Positions 36,315-46,980 of a DNA stretch of 64,000 nt are shown piece by piece (within the stretch, counting starts at the first letter, position 1; each line of letters begins with the position of its first letter). The notes under the pieces were generated by a model, which saw only the letters and a program-made list of their open reading frames with translations, did no database searches and had not been told where the DNA came from. The position numbers were made by a program, and so were the translations under genes. The stretch is from Camelus ferus (taxonomy: Eukaryota). The DNA lies in NCBI RefSeq assembly GCF_009834535.1, contig NC_045697.1, positions 312,001 to 376,000 of the forward strand, written 5' to 3'.

Positions 36315-36399
36315 CTGGGGGCCGAGAGAGCGAGCCTCACTCAGCGGGCCCTGGCGGACACCTCAGCCCTGGTCCCCATCCCCCGGCCCCCACACTTAC

Positions 36400-36511
36400 C
36401 ATGTGCACGACTCCCGTCACCCCCACCACCTCCAGCAGCCCGTCATCCATGCGTGGCTTCTCGAACTTGGAGTCGCTGTCAGAGCCCCACAGGTCGGCCC
36501 CCGAGCCCCAG
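36400..36511 (-). CDS. DGKQ: DGKQ exon 21 (112 bp)
   Basis: WGSGADLWGSDSDSKFEKPRMDDGLLEVVGVTGVVHM; GTAAGT donor. Confidence 0.96.
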
Positions 36512-36611
36512 CTGCACCAGGAGGGAGGGGCATTCAGGTAAGAGTCCCCGCTGGACAGAAGGCCGGAGAAGGGCAGAGCCCAGGAGCCCCCCTCCCCCGC
36601 CTCCCTGGCAC

Positions 36612-36758
36612 CTGGGGATATTGATGAAGATGAGGCCCTCGATGCTGGGCAGCTCCACCTCCTGCTGCTCCACCTGCAGCCGGATCTCCCGGTGCAGCCC
36701 GCGGGCCTGGCTGAGCTTCTGCAGCCCCACCCGCACATACACGCCCTTGTTGTGGAGC
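36612..36758 (-). CDS. DGKQ: DGKQ exon 20 (147 bp)
   Basis: LHNKGVYVRVGLQKLSQARGLHREIRLQVEQQEVELPSIEGLIFINIP(S). Confidence 0.96.
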
Positions 36759-36891
36759 CTGTGGGGCAGGGCAGCCTGCATCACGAGGTGGGGTGCAGCC
36801 CCCATGGCAGCCCCCGGGTCCTAGCCCCTGTCCCTCTGTCACTGCCGGGGGCCCCAGGAAGTAACCGCTCCTGCCCCCGTGCCTCCAGCAC

Positions 36892-36992
36892 CTGCTCGTG
36901 AACTTGCCAGGCTCTTCCTCCCGAGCCTGGTGGAAGTCCAAGCTCAGCTCTGCATCGATGCCAATCCCACAGTAGTTACTCATGTGTATGAT
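36892..36992 (-). CDS. DGKQ: DGKQ exon 19 (101 bp), accessory domain
   Basis: IIHMSNYCGIGIDAELSLDFHQAREEEPGKFTS(R). Confidence 0.96.
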
Positions 36993-37295
36993 CTAAGAAC
37001 AGGAAATCCTCCCGTGGCCCAGTCAGCCCCCACCAGGTGCTCCCCACCTCCCCCCAGGTGGGTCCCGCCTCCTGGTCTCAGAGCTGCTTCTGTCTGGTGA
37101 CTGCCCTGCACCCAAGAGGGGGCAGTGTGGCACATGACCCAGCACGGCCAGTCCCCGCCCTGTGCCTCAGCTTCAGGGGACGGCACTGGCACCGACACCA
37201 AGGTGTGCCTGGGACAAGGACAAGGGCCTGGACAGATGTGGTAGTCGCCCACAGGGGCCCAATGGTGCCACACCCTGACCTGGGCACAGCAGTAC

Positions 37296-37474
37296 CTTGG
37301 GCGGCTCTGCGTCCACCACACTGCCCTCCCCTCCACCAGCCTCCTGAGCGTCCAGCAGGATGGTCCAGCGGTCCATGAGCACAGCGTCAGCCTCGTCCAC
37401 CGACAGCAGCACGGAGAATGGGTCCTCTCCACTGTAGCCCGCCCCCCAGCGGAGGACCCGGCCCAGGTCATTCC
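37296..37474 (-). CDS. DGKQ: DGKQ exon 18 (179 bp)
   Basis: NDLGRVLRWGAGYSGEDPFSVLLSVDEADAVLMDRWTILLD...EPPK. Confidence 0.96.
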
Positions 37475-37597
37475 CTGGGACACCGGCAAGAACCACACTG
37501 ATTCTCCACAACCACCTGCCCACCACCCCAGGCCCCGACTGAAACAGGGCAGAAGGGACAGGCCCCCGAGCCCCCCCAACCCCCTGGGTGACCTCAC

Positions 37598-37746
37598 CTG
37601 TGCCCAGGGGCAGGATGGCCACGGCAGGCTCTTGGCAGGCCAGACGGTGCCGCACCTCCTCCAGGGTGGCGAGCACCCAGCCCACGGTGCCATCCCCTCC
37701 ACACACCAGCACCCGGAAGCAGGGTACCTGGGAGAACATGTGGAAC
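37598..37746 (-). CDS. DGKQ: DGKQ exon 17 (149 bp), GGDG ATP-binding motif
   Basis: FHMFSQVPCFRVLVCGGDGTVGWVL...VAILPLGT(G). Confidence 0.97.
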
Positions 37747-37940
37747 CTGGCAGCAGGGAGACACGGTATATCCTACCACCAGCCCCATTCACAGCCACGC
37801 GACAGGAGGGCACAGGCAGTCACCCCTGGGGCAGAAGCGGGTCACAGCTCCTCCCACGTCCACGACGGCCCTTGAGGATTCCGCCCGTGAGCCATGCGAG
37901 CGCTCTTGCTCCTGCAGCAGTGGGGCCCCACAGGACTCAC

Positions 37941-38092
37941 CCAGGCAGAGGCCCCCCGTTGGTCAGCTCGAAGACCTGGTGCGGGTTCAGCAGCTTCCGG
38001 AAACTGCAGAGCAGATCGCGGCCCTTGAGGCCTCCGCTTTTGGGGTTCACAAACACAAGAAGAGGGCAGCAGTCTGGGGGCAGCTTCGTGTG
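37941..38092 (-). CDS. DGKQ: DGKQ exon 16 (152 bp), start of catalytic domain
   Basis: [50 protein letters not shown](G). Confidence 0.97.
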
Positions 38093-39431
38093 CTGATAGA
38101 CAGGAGCAGCGTTAGGGCGGGCTCCCATGGCTGCCACCCAGAGGCAGAGCTGCCCCGCTTCCCCACCAGGCTGCCCGGGCAGCGGCGGCCCTGGCCCTAA
38201 GCCCCTGGCCAGAGCCCCCTCCTGACAGAGGCACACACAAGCCCCACCTAACCAGTGGCCACTTGGGTCGCCTCCCACAGCAGAGGGGGCACGCACAGTC
38301 CACTGGCTGATGGGGCGGGGTGATGCTGGCCAGCCTGGAGCTCCAAGCACACAGGCCATGCCGCACCCGCCATGAGATGAGTCCTCAGACCACACTTGCT
38401 GCCTGATCCTTGCGGCCTGCAAGCCCAGGCTGGAAGCCTACGCAGGACTCCATCTGCCCCCTAAGAGCCACCTGGCTCCCAGGGCCCCCAACCACTCACA
38501 CCGCAGTCAGGAGGGGTGGCCCCTCGGCCTTGGGACAAAGCTCATCCCCTACACACAACCACAGAAACAGTGTCCAAGAGAGTGTGGGAAGGGAGCTGGG
38601 GTCCCTACAACAAGGGATGCTGGGTGACGGGAGACAGATAGGCGCAGACATGGTGGGCAGTGGCAGCTCACGAGCTCAGCCGTGGCTCAAGGCCTAGGTA
38701 GGACACACTTGGGGTGACGTGTGACCTACTGGGCAGAGTTGCCTACAGTCACCACTTACCCGCTCACCCCAGGGCAGGCAGCTGCCAGGAGAGAGAAAGC
38801 ACATGTTGGCATCACCCGCCCGTGTCTGCCCACAGGGGCCCTGATCTGCAGTGCCTGCATCCTTGTCTGGACAGTGGGAGAGCCACTGGTCCTGACCCCG
38901 CTCGGGGTTGGGGCAGGGCAACTGAGACCTGAGGATGTTGCCCACTCAGCCACAGACCCTAAACTCAGCCCGCTCTAATTCTGCTCAGCCTGAACTAGGG
39001 TCACGGGTCATGGACACCTGGGTGGGGTTTCCCTGGGGGCCAGCAAGGCTGAGGACCAAGGCACATACCCAGCACAGGGCGGGCTCCAGGGCACTGCTGG
39101 GTCTTTAGGACAGCCTCCAAAGTCTGGCCAGAGGAGGCCCAGGGTGTGAGCAGGGGTCCAGAGGCCTCCTGGGCAGGGAGGGTGGGGCCAGGACCAGTGA
39201 CTCAAGCGAGACCAAGGGCCATGCACAGTCACAAATACAGGCCAGCCCTCAGGAGGCAACCACTGCAGGGCCACTCAACTGGTGTGCATGCCTCACCACC
39301 GGGCTTTGGGCCCTCCCTTGGTGTGAATCAGCCAGGCATAGCCAACTCGGACTTTGTTCCAACTGCTCCAAGTATTAGACAAATCAGCCATAGAGGCCAC
39401 GCCCCCCAGGCCCCTACCCGGTGCTACTCAC

Positions 39432-39547
39432 CAGCACATCCGGGAGCACCAGGGCAGTCAGCGGCCGGCTGTGAACAGCCGTGTCCCTGACCAGCATATA
39501 CAGCCGCTCGGCCTCGGCAAAGCAGGCCACGTCCAGCACCACGGCAC
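39432..39547 (-). CDS. DGKQ: DGKQ exon 15 (116 bp)
   Basis: AVVLDVACFAEAERLYMLVRDTAVHSRPLTALVLPDVL; cacag/GTGAGT. Confidence 0.94.
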
Positions 39548-40169
39548 CTGTGGCAGGTCAGCCATGAGCTCAGGTGTCTGTCCTGGAGCTCCAGCCCCTG
39601 TGGTGCCTGGGCCAGGGGCCTTGCCTCCTCCAGCGGGCCAATGGCCTCATCTCTGGCCACGGCCTGCTTCCAGCCAGCCCATCACAAGATGCCCCACGGT
39701 GCGTGACTCTCTCCCCTGGGGGGAGGCTGCAAGGACGGCTGGGCTCAGAGACAGGGTGTGCTGAGGGGTACAAGCAAGGCTCCCAGGAGGCAAGGGGAGC
39801 AGACGTGCACCTGAGTCTCCCGGCCACGCCGAGCCTCCCAGGACCCGAGAGAGGCACAGAGGGCATGGGTCACTGCTGTGGACCCACAGAGGGGACGCAA
39901 GGCTCATGGTACTTCTCTGCCACTTCTCGGTTGATGTGACGTTTTCCGTGATAAAAGATGTGCACCCACAGACGGGTCACGGAGGACACGTCCTCTGCAC
40001 CTCAGTCACGCTTTGAGGCAAGAGCGTTACAGCCACGAGCCAGGAAATTAAACACAAACGTTTCCTGGGCCCACGGGTCACCAGCGGGATAAAGCGAGAG
40101 AGCAGGGCTCACATCTAGCCCATGAGTGGCCTCTGAGCAAACCTGACCTCAGCCTGTGGGGCATCTCAC

Positions 40170-40208
40170 CTTGAGAAGAGTAGACGTGGCTCATGGACAC
40201 CAGGCCAG
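40170..40208 (-). CDS. DGKQ: DGKQ exon 14 (39 bp)
   Basis: (A)GLVSMSHVYSSQ(G); tgcag/GTGAG, phase 1-1. Confidence 0.88.
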
Positions 40209-40554
40209 CTGCAAAGACGGATTGTGGTCGGGAAGTGCAGCACCTGACCCAGGCCCCGCCTCCCAGGGCTGCCCATCCCAGACAGCACCCCCCACTCCAG
40301 GCCCAGGGCCCCCCCCAGGGCCCAGGGCAGGCATCTCAGAAACCCCTCGAAGGAGGTGACGGGGTCTGGGCCCCAGAGGTGAGGACAGAGACCCTCTGGG
40401 CCAGAAACCAGCTCAGCAAAGGCTCCAACAGTGACTTGGAGTAGCAGGGGAGCAGGAGGACCCAGCCTTGCACAGCAGCCCACAGGCCTGCTCTCAGGAC
40501 ACCCGCCCTGCCCCGCTGTGACCAAGAGCCTCAGACCAGCCCAGGCAGCCACAC

Positions 40555-40705
40555 CTTTCAGGGACATAGCCTCGTCCAGAAGACTGCTGTACTCCTGGGG
40601 AGACAGGCCAGGGGGCAGACCTCCCACAAACAGAGAGACACGTGGGGCCACCGCTCTTCTCTCAGCCACATAGAACCGTGTCTGGCTCATCTGCCGTAGG
40701 GACGT
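40555..40705 (-). CDS. DGKQ: DGKQ exon 13 (151 bp)
   Basis: TSLRQMSQTRFYVAERRAVAPRVSLFVGGLPPGLSPQEYSSLLDEAMSLK; AG/GT. Confidence 0.92.
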
Positions 40706-40983
40706 CTGTGGGCAGGGGAGGGACACTGAGCAGAGCACAGGGGACGAGCCCCTCCACCCTCCCTGTCCACAAAGGGGGCCGAAGGGAAGATGCCCCAGGC
40801 TAAACTCCCCTTGAATGGAAGAAGGAGGACACACAGGCTTCCTCCCTTGGGGAACTCAGGGGGAGGGGAAGCCCTGCTGGCCAAGGTTAGCTGCAGGCCA
40901 GGATGGATATGGCATCCTAAGAGCAGACTCCCTCTCTGTGAGGCAGAGGCCCTGGCCCGGGGCCAGCGTCCACACCCACTGAC

Positions 40984-41045
40984 CTGCCGGATAGCTTGAA
41001 GCCGGCCAAGCAAGAGCTCCTCATCCGCCAGCACCATCCGCTGGA
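40984..41045 (-). CDS. DGKQ: DGKQ exon 12 (62 bp)
   Basis: (V)QRMVLADEELLLGRLQAIRQ; tgcag/GTCAGT. Confidence 0.92.
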
Positions 41046-41171
41046 CTGCAGGGTTGAGAGACGCCGCCCGTCAGCACCTAAACCCCAGCCACCTCTGCAA
41101 ACAGCTGCCCGGCGACCCCAGGGCACTGGGGCAGAACTGGCCAGGGCATCAGCTATAGGCTGCCTACTCAC

Positions 41172-41226
41172 CTTGCCTGCTGCCCATGAGCACCTCCAGC
41201 AGCTGGAAGCCCTCCGGACCCTCATC
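41172..41226 (-). CDS. DGKQ: DGKQ exon 11 (55 bp)
   Basis: DEGPEGFQLLEVLMGSRQ; tacag/GTGAGT. Confidence 0.92.
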
Positions 41227-41336
41227 CTGTAGGGATGGACTTTGGAGTATCAGGCCTGGATCCCCCCCACCCCACCAGGACCCACACGGGGCAACCACCC
41301 TGGGCTGGCTGGGACCAGGGCAGCCCGAGTACACAC

Positions 41337-41427
41337 CTGGCGTCCAAGCAGTGGGAGGACCTCCAGCACCACAGTCTGGGCCGTGCTCTGCGGGGTCACA
41401 CGGAGGGACACGTAGGCCACACCGACC
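41337..41427 (-). CDS. DGKQ: DGKQ exon 10 (91 bp), RA domain
   Basis: VGVAYVSLRVTPQSTAQTVVLEVLPLLGRQ; AG/GT. Confidence 0.93.
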
Positions 41428-41510
41428 CTGCAGGGGACGAGTTCAGGAGCTCTGGTGGCATGGCCCCCACCCTCTCCTGCCAGCACCCCTGCCCCAGGCC
41501 TGGGCCTCAC

Positions 41511-41752
41511 TTGAGCCAGGCAGGGTAGATCTTCAGGACCTCCTGGGTGCGGGGCAGAGCACGAATGACCCAGGCCTCGGGAACGTCTCGGGACCCTGGG
41601 CCTCTACTACCCTCGTCCTCGGCAGTCCCACCGCTCCAGACCTTCCCCAGGGCCTCGGTGTCAGCGTCACCAGCCTGAGTGGGTGGGGGGAGCGCCTGCA
41701 GCTGGAAGGCCTGGGGGTCCTCCGTGATGTAGTAGGCCCGCAGCGCCGCCTC
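41511..41752 (-). CDS. DGKQ: DGKQ exon 9 (242 bp)
   Basis: EAALRAYYITEDPQAFQL...EVLKIYPAWL(K); AG/GT. Confidence 0.93.
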
Positions 41753-41844
41753 CTGCAGTGGGGGCCGGTGTGACAGGAGCCAGGCCGTGCCGGGCGCCCT
41801 GCAGCTCCCCCCAGGAGTGGGCCGGCAAGGCAGCTCCTTCTCAC

Positions 41845-41945
41845 CAGCACCTCCTGGCTCCTGGCCAGGCGGGGGACGCTGATGACACGGAAGTGGTTTC
41901 TCTGCACTGTGTCGTTGCCATCGAAGATCTTCAGAGTTTGCTTGC
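41845..41945 (-). CDS. DGKQ: DGKQ exon 8 (101 bp)
   Basis: KQTLKIFDGNDTVQRNHFRVISVPRLARSQEVL; AG/GT. Confidence 0.93.
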
Positions 41946-42083
41946 CTGGGCCACAGGGAAGTGGGTGCAAGTACATGGGGTCGGGGATGGGAAGGGGAAA
42001 TGGGGGACAATATGGGGGCAGAATAAGGGATGAGCGAACAGGAGATGGGATGGGGGACTGGGCAGCAGCTAAAGGCCACTTAC

Positions 42084-42155
42084 TGGACTCCGGCGCTGCC
42101 ACCTCTTTACCAGGGCCAGCAGGGGCGCTTCCGTCCACACCGTCGTCCCCATCAC
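42084..42155 (-). CDS. DGKQ: DGKQ exon 7 (72 bp)
   Basis: DGDDGVDGSAPAGPGKEVAAPES; cacag/GTAAGT, phase 1-1. Confidence 0.88.
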
Positions 42156-42233
42156 CTGTGGGAGGTCTCAGCTGGCCTCAATCAAGGCCTGCCCTCCCCA
42201 GCCCAGTGCCGGTCCTCGCTGCCCGTCGCTCAC

Positions 42234-42387
42234 CTGGCTCCGGGGCCGCGCTCTCGGAGATACGAAAGCAGTGCATCTTGCTGAAGTTGCGGGACAGCAA
42301 GCGCACGCACGCTGGGGGCAGGACCATAGTGCGCAGGCGCCCGAAAGTGCACTCGGGGGTGAGCACCGCGGAGCAGACCGAATGGGC
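42234..42387 (-). CDS. DGKQ: DGKQ exon 6 (154 bp)
   Basis: AHSVCSAVLTPECTFGRLRTMVLPPACVRLLSRNFSKMHCFRISESAAPEP(G); AG/GT. Confidence 0.95.
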
Positions 42388-42666
42388 CTGGGGCGGGGGT
42401 TGGGGGTCAAACTTGAGCTGGGGTGACTCCCCAGAGGTCCACACTGAGCGCCCCTGGTGGGGGGTTGGGCGCCACCCGCCAACCAGAAGAAGCCCTGATT
42501 CTCCCCTGTACATCCGAACCCCCACTCCCCAAAGTCGGAAAAGAGTGTGATGCAAACAAGCTCGGCGAGAAGGGGCGCCCCCACAACCCCTACCCTGCTT
42601 TGCCAGTGGACGGTGCAGCCCGCCCCCGCAGGCCCCGCCCCCAGGCCCCGGCCCCGCCCCGCCCAC

Positions 42667-42792
42667 CTGGACACCGCACCACTCGCAGCGAACACCGGCC
42701 AGCACGTCGGAAGAGCTGCACGTCTTCCGGCAGAACTCGCAGCGCGCGCCCGAGGACAGGTTCCCCTCCCGCCAGTGGTGGTGGTGTGTGTC
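42667..42792 (-). CDS. DGKQ: DGKQ exon 5 (126 bp), third C1 domain
   Basis: DTHHHHWREGNLSSGARCEFCRKTCSSSDVLAGVRCEWCGVQ; AG/GT. Confidence 0.95.
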
Positions 42793-42883
42793 CTGCGGAG
42801 AGGGCTGTCAGCGGGCTCGGCAGGGCCCCGGTCCCCCAGTGGCCCTCGACCAGGCTCAGGCGTCCCTGGCCCTGCGCACTCAC

Positions 42884-42969
42884 GGGGTCCCGGTGCCCGT
42901 CCAGGTGGCACTGGCGGCAGTCGCTGCAGGCGAAGGGCACACATTCGGGGTGAACGTGCAGCTCACACA
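42884..42969 (-). CDS. DGKQ: DGKQ exon 4 (86 bp)
   Basis: (V)CELHVHPECVPFACSDCRQCHLDGHRDP; AG/GT. Confidence 0.95.
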
Positions 42970-43407
42970 CTGCGGGGCGGGCAGGGTTAGGGGCCTCTCG
43001 CCGCTCCCCCGCGACCCCGCCTGCCTGCTTCCCGCCGGCCTCTCAGCTCTGGCCGGGTCCGCCCCGGCCCTGGCCGCACTTTCTTTAACCTTCCTGGGCC
43101 CAACGTGTACAGCAGGAGCAGTCCCCCATCCCTCAGCGGGATGGGAGCCAGCTTCTCCCCGTCCAGCCCACCTCAGCAAGCAGCCCGCGCCTCTGCGCCC
43201 CCCGACCCCCGAGCCCCTGCGCCCCTGCGGCCCCGGCACCTGCCTCCCTGCGCTGGCAAGTCTAGAATCGGCAAACACTGCCGCCCCGCCCCTCCCCAAA
43301 CCAGAGCAGTCGCCTGATCGCAGGGAGGCCTGGGCCACCCTGGGCAGGTCCCTGTGAGGGGGTGGGGCTCAGACCCCAAGGGTGCGGAGCAGGCTCGAGG
43401 CAGATAC

Positions 43408-43507
43408 CTTCGCAGCGAAGCGCCGGCGCCTCCAGGCCCTTTCGGCAGACCGCACAGAACTTGCGCTTGTAGTGACCCCGGGGGCCAAAGCAGTGGGCCA
43501 CAGGGAC
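43408..43507 (-). CDS. DGKQ: DGKQ exon 3 (100 bp)
   Basis: VPVAHCFGPRGHYKRKFCAVCRKGLEAPALRCE; AG/GT. Confidence 0.95.
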
Positions 43508-44243
43508 CTGGAAGGGGCAGAGCACTGCCTTAGCCTGGGGCCTACAGCCGGGCGCCACACCCCTGATCCCGTCCCGCAAGCGCCACTTCTTCTGTCCCAG
43601 GGAGCTCCCACCACCATCTGCCTGACCACTATATGCCCCTGAATCTCCCTGAGCACTATTAACACGGTGCTGTGTGTGCCTCTCGCCTCTGCAGGCTCCC
43701 AAGGAGTCCTGCTGGGGACTGCCCAGCACGCCCATGCCCCATTCCCTGTGCAGGACGAATTCAGGGTGGCCCCAGGCTGTGATCTCTGACAGCCCCTTCT
43801 GCAGCTCAGGCCCCAGCTGGTCCTGCCCAGGCCTGATCCAGCTGTGCAGGCCCTGACCACTCCCCCAAGCCTGTTGCCCTCCATGATGCATTTTGGCCCC
43901 TGGATTAAAGCACAGGTGAATGGAGGCCCAATGACAGGCAGGAGAGGCAGTGCTGGGTACCTGGGACCCCGGAGAACCACAGGGCCAGGGTCAGAACCAC
44001 CAGGAAGTGAGGCCCAGCCTCTGCCCAGGGAGGGGCCCACGTGCAGGGATGCAGTCTGCGGCTCAGAAGCCCAGACCAGCACAAGGGGACACTCCCACCC
44101 CAGCCCCTCAGGGCTTGTGCCACTGCCCACCCTATCCAACCCACCAGCCTGACTCCCAGCCCAGCCCCTGCCACAAGAGCTGGCCTCCCCAGACCCTCCA
44201 CACCCTCCCCTGGCAAGTGCAGTAGCCCACGCTCCATACGCAC

Positions 44244-44323
44244 GCGGACCAGGCTGGGGGCCACGCTCGTACAGGGGGTCTTCACGTGCTTCACGCACTT
44301 CTCATGGGACATGAAGTTGCAGA
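44244..44323 (-). CDS. DGKQ: DGKQ exon 2 (80 bp)
   Basis: (V)CNFMSHEKCVKHVKTPCTSVAPSLVR; AG/GT. Confidence 0.95.
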
Positions 44324-46149
44324 CTGTAGGAATGAGAGCCTGTGAGTTGGCCCCCGTCCTGCACAGGAATCAAGAGACCCCAGGGCATCTTGGGAGGGAG
44401 GCCGCAGCCAGTGGCACTGATGGGCTGCAGCCTTCCGTGAGGGGCAGAGAGCCCATCACAGTGGGCTTGCTCTCCCAGACCTGACGGGGGTGGTTTCGCA
44501 GTGGTGAGCCACTGCCATGCCCCAGCCCCGTCCCACTGCAGGAATAATGGGCAGAGTGATTCCCACCCTCCTAACCCTCACCCTGGTCCTAGAAGCAGAG
44601 GGAGGGCCCAGCGACAGCCTGATCCCCTGCCCCACCTCTGAGAGCCCAGAGCAGGAGCAGGGCCCTGGGTGCCTCAGACTATCCTGGATGATGGTGTATT
44701 CTGGTGTCCTGGGAGCGGCCCCTGCCCACCCCCACCCCCACATGCAGTCTTTGCTGAGGGTGGGCGGGCAGGTGGGCACCTGGCCAGCTCCTGCATCTCC
44801 ACCTACCCCCAAGACCGGCTTCGCCAGGGCCAGGGACACCCTTCCCTGACTCTATACATCTGCATACACCCCTAATTACCCCTCCCATGCATAACGCACC
44901 TGCTCAGACTACAGCCAGCCTGTGATAGACCAGGACCACCCCCCACCACCTGAGGCAGGCAAGGTGGCTGGCCCAGTGAGGGTGGCACCTGCCCCTGCCC
45001 AGAGGGGTGGAGGCCCAGAAGCTCCAAAGGCAGTGAGCTATGCTCACAAGGCCTGCGGGGCAGCGAGGGGGCACCGTACCCATCCTGGGGAGGCACAGAG
45101 CAGGTCAGCTCCCTTCCAGGCACCAGACTGGCTCTGCATGGAAGGCAGCAGCTGCAGGTGGCGCCCGGCTTCCCCTTCTGGCCCACAGAGATAGCCCCTG
45201 CTCCCTCCTCCACATCCTGGGTGCTCCCGGACAGGGGAAGGGGCTCTTCCTCCCACACCCTTGTCAGGCCCCTTTGCTCCCCAAGGTCACCAGCTGCCAC
45301 ATCACCCCCACTTCCCTTCCATGAACTTCTTCCCCCCTCTGCCCTTGAAGCCCACCTGCAGGAAGTCATACCCCTGAGGGGACCCTGCCTTCTCCTGCCA
45401 GTTCCCCTTGAGGAGGACATCATGCGTGAGGAGCACAGCCTCCTGTACCCAGATCCAGCCAAGCATCCTCTGCAGGCCCTGGCCTGAGTGGTCCCTAGCC
45501 CCCAGAGCCAAAAGCCTGTTTCCCTGAGCAGGACAGGCACAAGCCCGGTCCCCTGTGGAGGGGAGCAGGACTGGAAGCATGCGTGTCAGCTGCCTGGGAG
45601 CCAGAGGAGGGAGGGCCTCCTCGCCCAGCCAGGCTGGCTTGGTGGCTGGGTGGAAGCCCTGTCAGGGCACGTCACACTCACGGCGGCAGGCCCCGGCCCA
45701 GCTCTCTGGGAGTCTGAGCCTGGGCAGCACCAGCACTCGGCCGCTATGGGCAGCAGCAGGCACTCAGGGGAGACTGACCCGGCCAGGCCCCAGGAGCCAG
45801 TGGTCCAGGCCAACTCTACCTGGCTACAGTGCTACCCCTTGCTGCCTGCTCAGGGCTGGCTGGCTTCACCCCTCTCGCGTCACTGCACCTGCACGGTGCG
45901 GCTGCCGATGTCCTTCCCCCATCGGATCCCAACCCAGGTGAGGAAGCCCAGGGAACAGTTCTTTCCACCTTCCTCGGGGAGGGGGCCAAGGCCATTTGAC
46001 GCCTTCAGACCCCAGAGGAGCGGGTCCTCATCACTTCCCCGGGAAGGTCTGGGCCTGGCACACTCCTGCCCAGAGGGGCAAGGAGCTCTGTCCTGGGGAG
46101 GCCATTGCTGGCAGTGCAGAGGTCAGAGGTGAGATGCCCGTTCTGGGCC

Positions 46150-46980
46150 AGGGGCTGGGGTCTACAGTGGGGTCGCGGGCGCTCACCATCACACAGGATG
46201 CCGGCCAGCCCCCAGATGAAGTCGGAGCAGAGGTGGCAGAACGTGGGCTTGGTGAGCGTCACTTTCCTGAAGCTGTGGCCGGGCGCGGAGGGGCCAGGTG
46301 GCCTGGCGCCTGGCCGCTCTATCCCTGACCCTGGCCCGGACCCCGGCCCCAGTCGCGAGCGGCTTCCGGCGCCCAGCTCCGGGCTGGAGGTTGGGCTGCC
46401 CGGGCGCGGGGAGCCACCGCTAAGCCAGGCGCGGGCCCCGGACTCAGCTGCCGCCGCCATCCCCGGCCAGGGCAGCCCAAGCCCCAGCGGCGGACGAGTG
46501 CCGGGTCCGCGCTGAGGGCGAGAGGGGCCGCGGTCCCCTGCGATACCCCCGCGGTCCGCCGTGGTCCGCACGGGGCTTCCGACTGCGCCCACCGCCACTG
46601 CGCAGGCGCGGCCCAGCAGGGCGGGGCGAGGGGCGGGGAAGGGCGGGTCTTGAGGGCGGGGCCATGTGAAGGGCGGGGCCTGTTGTTGGGGACGGGGCGT
46701 TGGCGGGGCACTGCCGGGCTGGCCCGCGGATCCCGGAGTAGGCTGGGGTCCGAGCCGTGCGGCCTGGTGGACAGGTTATGTTTTTGGTGGCCCGAAGACT
46801 CAGGCCAGTAGCCGGAATCCGGTTCCTGGCACACTGCCTTCAGACCCCGAAGCGAAGGGTTTGCACCTCGGGGCCCAGGCATGCGCCTGCGCAGACGGAC
46901 ACCTCCCACGCGGCACCTGGATCCCGCGAGTGGCTCGCGGTTGGGCAGGGCGACGTGGAGAGCGCTCCGCCCTGCTCTGG
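46150..46980 (-). promoter_or_regulatory. DGKQ CpG-island promoter with GC boxes
   Basis: Several GGGCGGG motifs at about 46619-46680, NRF1-like TGCGCAGGCGC near 46600 and TGCGCCTGCGCA near 46882, dense CpG. Confidence 0.85.
46187..46460 (-). CDS. DGKQ: Diacylglycerol kinase theta exon 1 (274 coding bp), Pro-rich region and start of C1 domain
   Basis: ATG 46460; MAAAAESGARAWL...GHSFRKVTLTKPTFCHLCSDFIWGLAGILCD; GTGAG donor. Confidence 0.97.

Noticed and set aside
42114..42130. CTCF-like GGCCAGCAGGGGCGCT
   Set aside because: One G short of the core spacing and inside a coding exon; unsupported without ChIP data.
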